From: Elusimicrobiota bacterium
Lineage (GTDB): Bacteria > Elusimicrobiota > Elusimicrobia > Elusimicrobiales > UBA9959
Length of the DNA: 46,103 bases
NCBI GenBank assembly: GCA_027340875.1
Contig: DAIENX010000016.1
Span: forward strand, 1-46,103
Direction of reading: 5' to 3'
Shown here: piece after piece, positions 1-9,117 of the stretch
How the letters are laid out: each line of letters opens with the position of its first letter
Numbering within the stretch: the first letter of the stretch is position 1
The notes under the pieces: generated by a model
Told to the model about the DNA's origin: nothing
Databases searched by the model: none
The model's input: only the letters and a program-made list of their open reading frames with translations
Made by a program: the position numbers and the translations under genes

Positions 1-2
1 CC

Positions 3-953
3 CGGCCGGCGCGGACTTCCGAGAAGGTCGTTTCGTACAAGAGGTTCCCGCGCGGGACCTGGGCCAGGCAGGTGCAGTTCAACGAGGGGGTTTTCGCGGA
101 AAGGCCTTCCATGGGGGTGCACGAGTTCCTGGCCGGCCGCGAGGATATCCTGCCCCTGTTGCGGCGCGTCGGAGAGAAGAGCTTCCTGGAGGATTTCCTC
201 TACAGGGAGACTTCCCGCGGCCTCGAGGAGACCGCCGGCGCCCTGGGGCTGACCCTGGACGAGGCCGGCAGGATCATGGACTTCGTTAACGAGTTCCATC
301 TCAAGCGGGAGATAGAGGGCGGCGGCGCTCCCGCCGCTTTGCCGGACGCTCTCAAGGAGCGCGGAGCCGACACGCCGGTGGCCCAGATCTACGCGGAAGG
401 CGGGAACATAACCCTGTCCTACCTCTCCCTTTCTTCCGCCCGGGGCCGCTACGAGATAGATTATGCGCGGCTTAAGGCGCTGGAAAGGACGCTTCCGACG
501 GAAAGGAAAAAGCGTCTCCGCGGCTTGATAGGCAAGATGGAGCTGGCCAATATGCGCAAGGGCGTTCTCCACAATATCCTGCTGCAGCTGATAGACTGCC
601 AGCATAAATACCTGATCACCGAGGAGGAGGACGACATAAAGCCGGTCTCGCAGCGCGAGATAGCCCGTACGCTGGCGATAAATTCCGGGGTGTTGAACCG
701 CATCGTTTCGGGCAAATCCCTCGCGCTGGCGTCGGGGCGCGCGGTGCCGATGGGCTCGCTGTTCCTTTCCCGGAAGGACTGGATGAAGGCGGCGCTGGGC
801 AGGCTGCTGGCCGAGCGCGGCGGCGAGTCCCCCGCGGACGGGGAGCTGGCCGCTCTCCTGCGCGAAAGGACCGGCGTCCGGGTCTCCCGCCGCTCGGTGA
901 ACGATTACCGCAGGGAGATAGCCGGGAAACTGCCGGGGAAGAGGGTCCGCTGA
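3..953 (+). CDS. Divergent sigma-54 (RpoN)-like factor, 5' end truncated by window edge
   Basis: Frame is open from position 3. HTH-like segment IKPVSQREIARTLAINSGVLNRIVSGK resembles RpoN LKPLTLxDIAxxLxxHESTxSRxxxxK. C-terminal VSRRSVNDYR resembles the RpoN box ARRTVAKYR. Abuts a kinase and an NtrC-type regulator. Confidence 0.75.
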   Translation, partial: RPARTSEKVVSYKRFPRGTWARQVQFNEGVFAERPSMGVHEFLAGREDILPLLRRVGEKSFLEDFLYRETSRGLEETAGALGLTLDEAGRIMDFVNEFHLKREIEGGGAPAALPDALKERGADTPVAQIYAEGGNITLSYLSLSSARGRYEIDYARLKALERTLPTERKKRLRGLIGKMELANMRKGVLHNILLQLIDCQHKYLITEEEDDIKPVSQREIARTLAINSGVLNRIVSGKSLALASGRAVPMGSLFLSRKDWMKAALGRLLAERGGESPADGELAALLRERTGVRVSRRSVNDYRREIAGKLPGKRVR

Positions 954-954
954 T

Positions 955-2412
955 ATGGCCGACAAGACCTCAAGATGCAGCTCGCCGTACTGTTTCGACA
1001 GGCTCGGCGTGAGGATAATACTGAGCCTCGTCGCCTGCATAGCGCTCACCAGCGTCGCGGGGCTGTTCCGGGACCTGCGGCATAACAGGCGCTATATCCG
1101 CCACCGCGAGGGCGCCAAGGCCTCGTCGCAGGCGGCGGTGCTGCGCGCGTATCTCGAGCACGAGATGTTCGAGAGCGGCCATGACGGCACCAGGATAGCG
1201 CTGGAAGCCGTCAGGGGGCAGCCCAACCTGGAGGACCTGCTCATACTGGACTCCAAACGCAAGGTCGTGCGCGCGCTGGACAGGAAGATGGAGGGGCGCA
1301 CGGTGCCGTCCCCGTCCGCGGACGGCTGGGACGGAGAGTTCATCCGCATGGATTTCCCGATAAAGGCCAAGAAGGCCTGCTACCGCTGCCACGGCAGGGA
1401 CAAGCAGCTGCTCGGGTACTTCGAGTTCGTGGTCTCCACCGTGGAGGCCTACGCCGACCTGAAGCGCTGGCAGCTCTCGCACATCCTGGCGGAGAGCGTC
1501 TCCCTCGCCGTCATCTGCGTGCTGGTCATATTCATCATAGCGACCATGCTCAACCGCCCTTTGTCGGCCCTTTCGGCGGCCATGGCCAAGGCCGGCGGAG
1601 GGGATTACTCCGTGCGCGTTCCGGAGAACGTTTCCGGGGAGATGGGGGAGCTGGCCAGGCAGTTCAATTCCATGGCCGGGAAGCTGGAGGAGAACCGCGC
1701 GGAACTTGAGCGGCTTCACCGGGAGAGCATCTCGCACATGGACAGGCTGGTCTCGCTCGGCGAGCTGGCGGCCAGCCTGGCCCACGAGATACGCAACCCG
1801 CTCGCCGGCATCGCGGCCGCCATACAGGTGCTGCAGCGCGACCTGCCCGCGGAGGACCGCCGCTCCTTCGTCCTTACCGAGGTGCTCAGGCAGGTGGCCC
1901 GGCTGAACAAGACGGTGGACAATCTGCTGAGCTATGCCCGGCCGGCGGCGCCGGTGATGTCCAGCGTGTCCCTGCCCGAGACCGCGGCCCGCGTGCTGTC
2001 CATCGTGGAGCCGCAGCTCAGGAAGCAGAACGTCTCGCTGGAAACGGACTGGAGCGGTCCCGTCGGCGCGGTGACGGCCGACCAGGGGCAGATGGAGCAG
2101 ATACTGCTGAACCTGTGCCTCAATTCCCTGCAGGCGATGCCCGCGGGGGGCAGGCTGCGGGTGGGCGTGAGGCCTTCGGACGACGGCTCCGCCGCGGTCC
2201 TGGAGGTGTCCGACACCGGCGTCGGGATCCCGGCCGACAAGCTGTCCTCCATCTTCAAGCCTTTCTTCACCACCCGCGCCAAGGGCACCGGCCTCGGCCT
2301 GGCCATCGTGAAGAAGATAATAGAGTCCCACGGAGGAAGGATAGAGGTCTTCAGCGAGGAAGGCAAGGGCGCGCGTTTCATGGTGACCCTGCCTTCCGGG
2401 CCGGCGGCCTGA
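955..2412 (+). CDS. Membrane sensor histidine kinase with periplasmic c-type heme motif (CYRCH) and HAMP domain
   Basis: Two hydrophobic segments flank a periplasmic domain containing KACYRCHG; HAMP; H-box LAHEIRNPL; N-box NLCLNS; DTGVGI and KGTGLGL boxes. Confidence 0.92.
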   Translation: MADKTSRCSSPYCFDRLGVRIILSLVACIALTSVAGLFRDLRHNRRYIRHREGAKASSQAAVLRAYLEHEMFESGHDGTRIALEAVRGQPNLEDLLILDSKRKVVRALDRKMEGRTVPSPSADGWDGEFIRMDFPIKAKKACYRCHGRDKQLLGYFEFVVSTVEAYADLKRWQLSHILAESVSLAVICVLVIFIIATMLNRPLSALSAAMAKAGGGDYSVRVPENVSGEMGELARQFNSMAGKLEENRAELERLHRESISHMDRLVSLGELAASLAHEIRNPLAGIAAAIQVLQRDLPAEDRRSFVLTEVLRQVARLNKTVDNLLSYARPAAPVMSSVSLPETAARVLSIVEPQLRKQNVSLETDWSGPVGAVTADQGQMEQILLNLCLNSLQAMPAGGRLRVGVRPSDDGSAAVLEVSDTGVGIPADKLSSIFKPFFTTRAKGTGLGLAIVKKIIESHGGRIEVFSEEGKGARFMVTLPSGPAA

Positions 2413-2415
2413 GCC

Positions 2416-3795
2416 ATGAAAAAAAGAGTGCTTGTAGTCGACGACGAGGACCTTATCCGCTGGTCGCTCAAGGACGAGCTGACGCGGGAGGGGTATACCG
2501 TGCTGAGCGTGGGCACGGCGGCCGAGGCCATTGAGCAGCTTTCCCGGGGCGGCGTGGACGTCACCATCTCCGACATCAATCTGGGCGACGGCAGCGGCCT
2601 GGACATCCTCAGGTACGCCAGGGAGAACCTGCCGTCCATGCCGGTGGTGCTGATGACGGCCTACGGCGACGTGAACGGCGCTGTGGACGCGATGCGCAGC
2701 GGCGCGGCCCACTACATCTCCAAGCCCTTCGACCTGTCAGTGCTGCGCATGGAGCTGGAAAAGGTGTGCGAGACCAGCAGCCTCCGGGACCAGGTGCTCG
2801 ACACGCAGGAGCGGCGCCGGCGCCGCTACAACTTCGGCTCCATAATAACCGGCGACGAGGGCATGAAGCGCGTTATCTCCGAGGCGGTCATGATGGCGGC
2901 CAATCCTTCCGCCACCGTGCTGATACAGGGCGAAAGCGGCACCGGCAAGGACCTGATGGCGCGGGCGCTGCATTACGAAAGCCCGAGGGCGGGCAAGCCG
3001 TTCCTCGAGATAAGCTGCACGGCCATCCCGGAGAACCTGCTGGAGAGCGAGCTGTTCGGCTACGAGAAGGGGGCCTTCACGGACGCCAAAGGGCAGAAGA
3101 AGGGCTTCTTCGACACCGCCGACGGCGGCACCGTGTTCCTCAACGAGATAGGCCACATGCCGCTGACCCTGCAGGCCAAGCTGCTGCGGGTGATAGAGGA
3201 CAAGGTGTTCATGCGGCTGGGCGGCACCGAGGAGACCGCCTGCGACGTGCGCATCATAGCGGCCACCAACGAGGACCTGCAGGAGGCCGTCAGGAAGGGC
3301 GGCTTCAGGGGGGACCTGTATTTCAGGCTTAACGTCCTGTCCGTCAGCCTGCCGCCGCTCAGGGAGCGCAAGGGGGACATACTGCCCCTGGCCGGGCATT
3401 TCCTGGCCCGCTTCAGCGGGGAGATGCGCAAGGACGTCCCGGTCCTTTCGGAGGAGGCGCAGGCCGTGATGACGGCCTATCGCTGGCCCGGCAACATCAG
3501 GGAGCTGCGCAACGTGATGGAGCGGGTGATGATACTCGGCGCGGGCAGGGAGATAGCCGGCGTATGGATGCGGGAACAGATAGGAAAGACCTCCGGCCTG
3601 GGCGCCGCCCCGTCCGGAGAGGTCTGCTTCAGGCTGCCGCCGGAGGGGATCTCGCTGGAAGCTGTAGAGAAGGACTTCATCAGGCAGGCCCTGGAATCTG
3701 CCGGCGGCAACCAGGTGAAAGCGGCGCGCCTCCTGGGCATCAGCCGGGACGCCTTGCGCTACCGGCTGGAAAAGCACGGGCTGCGCTATTCCTGA
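2416..3795 (+). CDS. Sigma-54-dependent response regulator (NtrC/AtoC family: receiver, AAA+, Fis-type HTH)
   Basis: VLVVDDE receiver, GESGTGKD Walker A, ELFGYEKGAFTDA, WPGNIRELRN, C-terminal NQVKAARLLGISRDALRYRL. Confidence 0.95.
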   Translation: MKKRVLVVDDEDLIRWSLKDELTREGYTVLSVGTAAEAIEQLSRGGVDVTISDINLGDGSGLDILRYARENLPSMPVVLMTAYGDVNGAVDAMRSGAAHYISKPFDLSVLRMELEKVCETSSLRDQVLDTQERRRRRYNFGSIITGDEGMKRVISEAVMMAANPSATVLIQGESGTGKDLMARALHYESPRAGKPFLEISCTAIPENLLESELFGYEKGAFTDAKGQKKGFFDTADGGTVFLNEIGHMPLTLQAKLLRVIEDKVFMRLGGTEETACDVRIIAATNEDLQEAVRKGGFRGDLYFRLNVLSVSLPPLRERKGDILPLAGHFLARFSGEMRKDVPVLSEEAQAVMTAYRWPGNIRELRNVMERVMILGAGREIAGVWMREQIGKTSGLGAAPSGEVCFRLPPEGISLEAVEKDFIRQALESAGGNQVKAARLLGISRDALRYRLEKHGLRYS

Positions 3796-3814
3796 GCGCC
3801 GCGGGCCCGCGCGC

Positions 3815-3829
3815 TGGCAGGGTTGCTGC
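3815..3829 (+). promoter_or_regulatory. Sigma-54-like -24/-12 element TGGCAGGGTTGCTGC
   Basis: GG-N10-GC spacing; intergenic, just upstream of ATG 3875; same motif recurs at 7553, 12362 and 20874. Confidence 0.7.
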
Positions 3830-3874
3830 GCGCTTAATTTCGTATAGAATACCTGAATATAATCGGAGAGTGCT

Positions 3875-5188
3875 ATGCGTATCCAGCGTTATATCCCGAT
3901 CATGCTCCTGCTGTGCGCCGCCGCGCGCGGCCGGGCGGCCGCGGCGCCGGTTTCACCTGACGTTATAACCACTACGCCCGCCTGCGTGGAGTGCCATAAG
4001 AAGGTGGTCTCGTCCAAGTTCACGCACGGTCCGGTCGGAGTGAAAATGTGCAGGGTGTGCCACTCGGACGAGAAACCGGCACAGGACCCCGCGAAGCATC
4101 ATGTCTTCTCGTTCCCGAAGCCGCAGCCGGAACTGTGCCTGGAATGCCACGTGGACGTGCGCGAGAGCCTCAGGTCCGGCAAGATGACGCACGGCGCCAT
4201 CGAGGCCGGCGGCTGCACTTCCTGCCACGATCCGCACGGCTCCGGCCAGAAGTTCTTCCTGCGCGGGGAGAACATGGACGCGCTCTGTTCCAACTGCCAC
4301 GGGAAAAAGACCGGCGGCGCCGTGGTCCACCGGCCGGTGAAGGCCTCGTGCATGCTGTGCCACGAGCCGCACGCGTCCGGCGGCAGCCACCTTCTCAAGA
4401 CCGACACCCCGGAACTCTGCCTGGGCTGCCACCAGCAGGTGAAGACGGAGCTTTCCGGCAAGTACGTCCACGGCCCGGTGCAGACCGGCTGCCAGACCTG
4501 CCATGACCCGCACAGCGCGCCCAAGCCGTACCTGCTGAAGTCCGACGCGAAGAAGGAGCTCTGCCTGGGCTGCCACGCGGACATGGCCAAGGCGCTGAAG
4601 AACGCCAAGCGCCCGCACCCCGCCGTGGAATCGGCCGGCTGCATCGGCTGCCACAGCCCCCACGCGTCGGGGCAGCCGAAGATGCTGCTGAAGCCGATGA
4701 AGGAGCTCTGCCTGGGCTGCCACGCGGACAAGGCCGCGGAGCTGGGCAGCAAGTTCCTGCACGGCCCGGTGCGCCTGAACGAATGCCAGGGCTGCCATGA
4801 CCCGCACGGGGCGGACAACCCCAACATCCTCAAGGAATATTTCCCGGAGGACTTCTACAACTCGTACAAGGAAGGCCTGTACGCCCTGTGCTTCGAATGC
4901 CACGAGAAGAACATCGCCAGCGAACCCAGGACCGCCAAGCTGACCAACTTCCGCAACGGCGACGTGAACCTGCATTACGTCCACGTCCATTCCGAGAAGG
5001 GACGCAGCTGCAAAGCGTGCCACCAGGTGCACGGCGGCCGCCAGGAGAAGCACGTCCGGGAGAGCGTGCCGTTCGGCTCCTGGCCGCTGCCCATCGTGTA
5101 CAGGAAGACCGCCACCGGCGGCAGCTGCAACGTCGGCTGCCATAACCCCAAGTCCTACGACCGCGTGAAAGAGGTGGAGAACAAATGA
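3875..5188 (+). CDS. Exported multiheme cytochrome c (14 CxxCH plus one CX3CH; doubled-CxxCH repeat type)
   Basis: Signal peptide; repeated HGPV...CxxCHxPH...LCxxCH units; terminal CNVGCH. Confidence 0.93.
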   Translation: MRIQRYIPIMLLLCAAARGRAAAAPVSPDVITTTPACVECHKKVVSSKFTHGPVGVKMCRVCHSDEKPAQDPAKHHVFSFPKPQPELCLECHVDVRESLRSGKMTHGAIEAGGCTSCHDPHGSGQKFFLRGENMDALCSNCHGKKTGGAVVHRPVKASCMLCHEPHASGGSHLLKTDTPELCLGCHQQVKTELSGKYVHGPVQTGCQTCHDPHSAPKPYLLKSDAKKELCLGCHADMAKALKNAKRPHPAVESAGCIGCHSPHASGQPKMLLKPMKELCLGCHADKAAELGSKFLHGPVRLNECQGCHDPHGADNPNILKEYFPEDFYNSYKEGLYALCFECHEKNIASEPRTAKLTNFRNGDVNLHYVHVHSEKGRSCKACHQVHGGRQEKHVRESVPFGSWPLPIVYRKTATGGSCNVGCHNPKSYDRVKEVENK

Positions 5189-6153
5189 GATACATCGTAA
5201 GAGCGTTCGTCGTGCTGGCCTTCGGCCTGCCGTTCTGCGCGGGCGTCTCCCGCTGCGAAGCCAACCCGCTGCGGAACCTGGAACTGGGGGCCGCCGCTTT
5301 CCCGTTCTCCCTGCCGGACACGAACGGGAACGCGGTAAGCCTGGACAAGTTCAAGGGGCGGCCCGTGGTGGTCTGTTACTGGCGTGAAGGCCAGTTCTAC
5401 TCCAAAAAGATGCTCGAGGTCATGACGCGCGCGCAGGCCAAGTTCGGCGGCAAGGGCGTGGAGTTCCTCTCCATCACAAGGACCGCGGGCGCCGAAGCCC
5501 CAAAGGTGTCCACGATGCCTTTCCCGGTGCTGCTGGACGACCAGGAGAAGGTCTACGGGGATTACGGCCTGTTCATACTGCCTACCACGTTCGTGCTGGA
5601 CGGCGGGCACCGCCTCAAGGCTTATTTTTCCAGCTACCAGGAGGAGTCCGGACCGGAGCTGGACAAGATACTGTCGGAGATGCTCGGCCTAAAGGCGACG
5701 CCGGCGCCCGCCCCGCGCTACGCGGCGGTGCAGGGCATGGCTGACCCGGAGCTCAACCTCGCCCGCGAGCTGCTGAAGGAGGGCAAGGCTGCCGAGGCCC
5801 TGCCGCTGCTGGAGAAAGGGCTGCGCGGCGCGGCGTCAGGCGACGCCGCGGAGCTGAAGCTGCTGTCCGCCCAGGCGCTGATGCAGCTGTCGCGCCTGGA
5901 GGAGGCCAAAGCGAGGCTGGAGGGCTGCCTGAAGGACGATCCCGCCTCGCACGAGGCGCAGCTGCTGCTGGGCAGGACCCTTTTCCTGATGGGCCGCTAC
6001 GAGCCCGCGGAAGAGGCCCTCAAAAAGTCCATGGGCCTGAACCCGCATTCCGAAAAGGCGCATTATTACCTCGGGGAGCTGTATGAGAAGACAGGCCGCA
6101 AAGATCTGGCGCTGGCCGAATACCGCGCGGCGCTTGAGCGTATATACAGGTAG
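5185..6153 (+). CDS. Exported redoxin/thioredoxin-fold plus TPR protein lacking CxxC
   Basis: AFPFSLPDTNGNAVSLDKFKGRPVVV...FPVLLD...YG...LPTTFVLD redoxin pattern; C-terminal TPRs (AHYYLGELY). Start overlaps the upstream stop (ATGA). Confidence 0.8.
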   Translation: MRYIVRAFVVLAFGLPFCAGVSRCEANPLRNLELGAAAFPFSLPDTNGNAVSLDKFKGRPVVVCYWREGQFYSKKMLEVMTRAQAKFGGKGVEFLSITRTAGAEAPKVSTMPFPVLLDDQEKVYGDYGLFILPTTFVLDGGHRLKAYFSSYQEESGPELDKILSEMLGLKATPAPAPRYAAVQGMADPELNLARELLKEGKAAEALPLLEKGLRGAASGDAAELKLLSAQALMQLSRLEEAKARLEGCLKDDPASHEAQLLLGRTLFLMGRYEPAEEALKKSMGLNPHSEKAHYYLGELYEKTGRKDLALAEYRAALERIYR

Positions 6154-6664
6154 CGCCGCCGCGCTGCTGCTGGCCGGCTGCCTGGCGTCCGTCCGCCTGG
6201 CTTCCGTGCACGCGCCCTACGGGCGGCATAATTGCGAGGCCTGCCACGACGTGGGCGGCACGCTGGCCAGGGGGGTTTCGGCCTCTTCCTATTCGGACCG
6301 CGTGAAGGAAGAGGCCGCCGGCGGGGACTATTCCCTTTCGCCCGGCGAGGAAGTCCCCTCGCTTCTCCGCTACCGGGTGGACAGGCTTTGTTTCCAGTGC
6401 CACCGGGAGCTGGACCCGGCCTCTCCGGGCTACGAGGGGAAATGGCTGCACGGTCCGTTCCAGGCCGGCGTGTGCCTGGCCTGCCATCAACCGCACGAAT
6501 CCGCGAACCCCCGTCTTCTGGTGGCCTATCCGGTGGAGAAGCTCTGTTCCATGTGCCATTCCGGGTTCCACGGCAAGGAGGGGGCCTCCCGTTATCCCGG
6601 GAAGCCATGCCTGGCCTGCCATTCCCCGCATTCCCAGGAGAAAGCCGCCAGGACCCCGGACTGA
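6134..6664 (+). CDS. Pentaheme cytochrome c, probable lipoprotein
   Basis: Five CxxCH motifs; LLLAGC lipobox-like sequence. Start uncertain: TTG 6134 chosen, ORF track starts at 6083. Confidence 0.82.
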   Translation: MSVYTGSAAALLLAGCLASVRLASVHAPYGRHNCEACHDVGGTLARGVSASSYSDRVKEEAAGGDYSLSPGEEVPSLLRYRVDRLCFQCHRELDPASPGYEGKWLHGPFQAGVCLACHQPHESANPRLLVAYPVEKLCSMCHSGFHGKEGASRYPGKPCLACHSPHSQEKAARTPD

Positions 6665-6669
6665 GGGGG

Positions 6670-7434
6670 TTATTTCAGTTTTTTCAGGCTTTCCCGCACC
6701 TGTATGGTGAACGGATGCGCCGGTCCCAGCGCTTTTTCCGCCAGGGCCAGGGCCGTCTTGTACCGCGCGCGGGCCTCGGCCGGCCTGTCCAGGTCGCGGT
6801 AAAGGTCGCCCAGATTGCTCAGCGTGATGGCCATGTTGGGGTTGCCGTGGCCGAAGCTGCCGCCGCAGAGGTCTACGGCCCTCTTGAAAAGAGCCTCGGC
6901 GCGCGCGGGGTCCTTGCGCTGGTGGCAGACCTTCGCCAGGTTGTTCAGCGTGGCGACCACGTCGGAGATGTCGGCTCCGGGGGTCTTGTCGTAATAGGAG
7001 AGGGTGGTCTCGAAGGCTTTCTGGGCCGCCTCCAGCTTGCCTTCTTTCTGGTAAACGGCTCCCAGATTGTTCAGCGCGGTCATGGCCTGGGCCGAGGTCT
7101 CGCCGTAGGATTTCGCCGCCAGGGAGAACACCTCGCCGGCCAGCGGCTCGGCGGCGGAGAAATCGCCGCGGTCATAGTACAGCTTGGCGAGCAGGCCGAC
7201 GTTGCCGGCCAGCCGGATGTCTCCGGACCGGAAGATCTTCCTGGCCAGTTTCAGCGCTTTCCCGGCCTCCTGCACGGCCATCTCTCCCTGTCCATGCTTC
7301 GAATATACCGCGGCTTTATCCATGCTCTCCTGCCAGGCCGGCAGGTCCTTTTCGCTGTTCACGCAGGCGGAAAGCGCCAGGATGATGATAGCCGGGACTA
7401 GAGCGGCGCGGTAGCGGATGTTATAAGAGGGCAT
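6670..7434 (-). CDS. TPR-repeat lipoprotein (kinesin-light-chain-like TPRs)
   Basis: LALSAC lipobox; repeats ALNNLGAVY, TLNNLAKV, TLSNLGDLY; AAGGAG RBS upstream on the minus strand. Confidence 0.85.
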   Translation of the reverse strand: MPSYNIRYRAALVPAIIILALSACVNSEKDLPAWQESMDKAAVYSKHGQGEMAVQEAGKALKLARKIFRSGDIRLAGNVGLLAKLYYDRGDFSAAEPLAGEVFSLAAKSYGETSAQAMTALNNLGAVYQKEGKLEAAQKAFETTLSYYDKTPGADISDVVATLNNLAKVCHQRKDPARAEALFKRAVDLCGGSFGHGNPNMAITLSNLGDLYRDLDRPAEARARYKTALALAEKALGPAHPFTIQVRESLKKLK

Positions 7435-7552
7435 TCGTATCTCCTTAAGAGCTTGTTGCGTAGATCCAGAACCTGCGGCAATTGCGGCTTTTGGGCTGCG
7501 GCTTCGTCGCTTACGGCCCCGGCTTCGAGGCCGCCGATGGCCTGTTATCGCG

Positions 7553-7569
7553 TGGCAGCATTGCTGCCA
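7553..7569. promoter_or_regulatory. Palindromic TGGCAGCATTGCTGCCA, matching the -24/-12-like motif on both strands between divergent genes
   Basis: Reverse complement is TGGCAGCAATGCTGCCA; lies between starts at 7434 (-) and 7589 (+). Confidence 0.65.
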
Positions 7570-7588
7570 TGATAATAAATGACGCGTT

Positions 7589-7963
7589 ATGCTGTCTATA
7601 TTGATCGTGGACGATGAGCCGCTGATAAACTGGTCGCTGGGCCAGGTCTTCGAAGGCGCCGGCTACGCCGTGACCCTGGCCGAAAGCGGCGAGGAGGCCG
7701 AGGCGCTGGCCATGGCCGGCCGTTTCGACGTGGTATTGACGGACGTTAAGATGAAAGGCATGACCGGGTTCGAGCTCCTCCGGCGGCTGAAAGCGGGCCT
7801 TCCGGGGGTCAAGGTGGTCCTGATGACGGCTTTCTCCGGAGAGGCGGAAAAGGACGCCTCCTTACGGGAAGGCGCCGACGATTTCATACGCAAGCCTTTC
7901 AATGTGGCGGAGGTGGTCCAGCGGGTGCGGGCGCTGCTCGCAGGGGCGGAGTGCGCGTTTTAA
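7589..7963 (+). CDS. Single-domain response regulator (receiver)
   Basis: ILIVDDE, DVVLTDVKM, LMTAF and FIRKPF receiver motifs. Confidence 0.9.
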   Translation: MLSILIVDDEPLINWSLGQVFEGAGYAVTLAESGEEAEALAMAGRFDVVLTDVKMKGMTGFELLRRLKAGLPGVKVVLMTAFSGEAEKDASLREGADDFIRKPFNVAEVVQRVRALLAGAECAF

Positions 7964-8043
7964 CGCGATTTGCGTCAAATCGCGCATTGTTTGCTATGAT
8001 ATTACGGAAATTCCGTGCATCTGTGATCTGGAGCCGACCTTCC

Positions 8044-9033
8044 ATGCGCCATAGTATCAGAAAGAACCCGTGCGGCCCCCGCCGCCTGCTCCGCGCCGCT
8101 GCTGTCCTCTGCCCGCTGCTCTGTCTTGCCGCCCTTTCCTGGGCCGGGAAGAAGGACAACGCGCCCGACCCTTTTTACGCCAGGCACACGGCCGAGGCCG
8201 GAAAGTTCGCCGGTAAGGGGCACGTCCATACTCCGGTGGCGAAGAACGTCTGCAGCCCGTGCCACGCGTCGGCGGAAGACCCGAAGAAGCTCTCCGCCGA
8301 GGGCAATGAGCTGTGCTTCTCCTGCCACTCCGCGCTGAAGAAGGACCTTAAGAAGAAGAAGGTCCACGAGCCCTTCTCCGGCATGCCCTGCTCCACCTGC
8401 CACGACCCGCATTCCTCCGGAGAGGCCGCCAACCTCGTTTCCCCGGTCAGGGAGCTCTGCTCCATGTGCCATGACGTCTCAGCTACCGGTACGGCGGCCG
8501 CGCACGGCGGCGTCAGGACGATGAAGAAGGACTGCACGCTGTGCCATTCCCCGCACGCCTCCGACAACGGCAAGCTGCTGCTGGAGGGAAAAACGCATCC
8601 CTCTTTCGAAGCCGGCTCCTGCGGTACCTGCCACGCCGAGCCGGGCCCGGACGGCGAGGCGAAGCTTTCCGGTTCCGCGGGCAGCGCGTGCCTTATGTGC
8701 CACGGGGACCTGCAGGACGCCATGAAGGAGAAGTCGGCGCACCGGCCTTTCCTGTCCGGCGCCTGCGAGAAATGCCATTTTCCCCATGTAGGCAAGTTCC
8801 GGGCCTTCACGCTCTCGGAGCCAGAGCTGATGTGCCGCTCCTGCCACGCGGGCATCCAGGATAACGGCCACCCGGTGGTCGGACACCTTTCCCACGATCC
8901 CGGCAAAAAGAATCCCCTGGACAAGTCACGGCCGTTCGACTGCGTTTCCTGCCACAAGCCGCACGCTTCCGCTTTCGGAAAGCTGCTGGTGAAAGAGCCG
9001 GGGGAACTGTGCCTGGCCTGCCATGAGCAGTGA
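8044..9033 (+). CDS. Exported multiheme cytochrome c (11 CxxCH; doubled-CxxCH type)
   Basis: Eleven CxxCH motifs, signal peptide ending ALSWA. ATG 8044 preferred over GTG 7951. Confidence 0.92.
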   Translation: MRHSIRKNPCGPRRLLRAAAVLCPLLCLAALSWAGKKDNAPDPFYARHTAEAGKFAGKGHVHTPVAKNVCSPCHASAEDPKKLSAEGNELCFSCHSALKKDLKKKKVHEPFSGMPCSTCHDPHSSGEAANLVSPVRELCSMCHDVSATGTAAAHGGVRTMKKDCTLCHSPHASDNGKLLLEGKTHPSFEAGSCGTCHAEPGPDGEAKLSGSAGSACLMCHGDLQDAMKEKSAHRPFLSGACEKCHFPHVGKFRAFTLSEPELMCRSCHAGIQDNGHPVVGHLSHDPGKKNPLDKSRPFDCVSCHKPHASAFGKLLVKEPGELCLACHEQ

Positions 9034-9117
9034 GGAACTCCGGGGGGCGGGGAAAAGGCGCGAGCAATAGAGCGCTGATTTGCGGGTACAGCGGGGCTTA
9101 TCCTTAAAGGAGTTTTT

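Noticed and set aside
4400..4810. Recurring DNA words such as GAGCTCTGCCTGGGCTGCCACGCGGACA as a possible CRISPR or tandem array
   Set aside because: They are in-frame codons of repeated ELCLGCH heme motifs, with irregular spacing and no cas genes.
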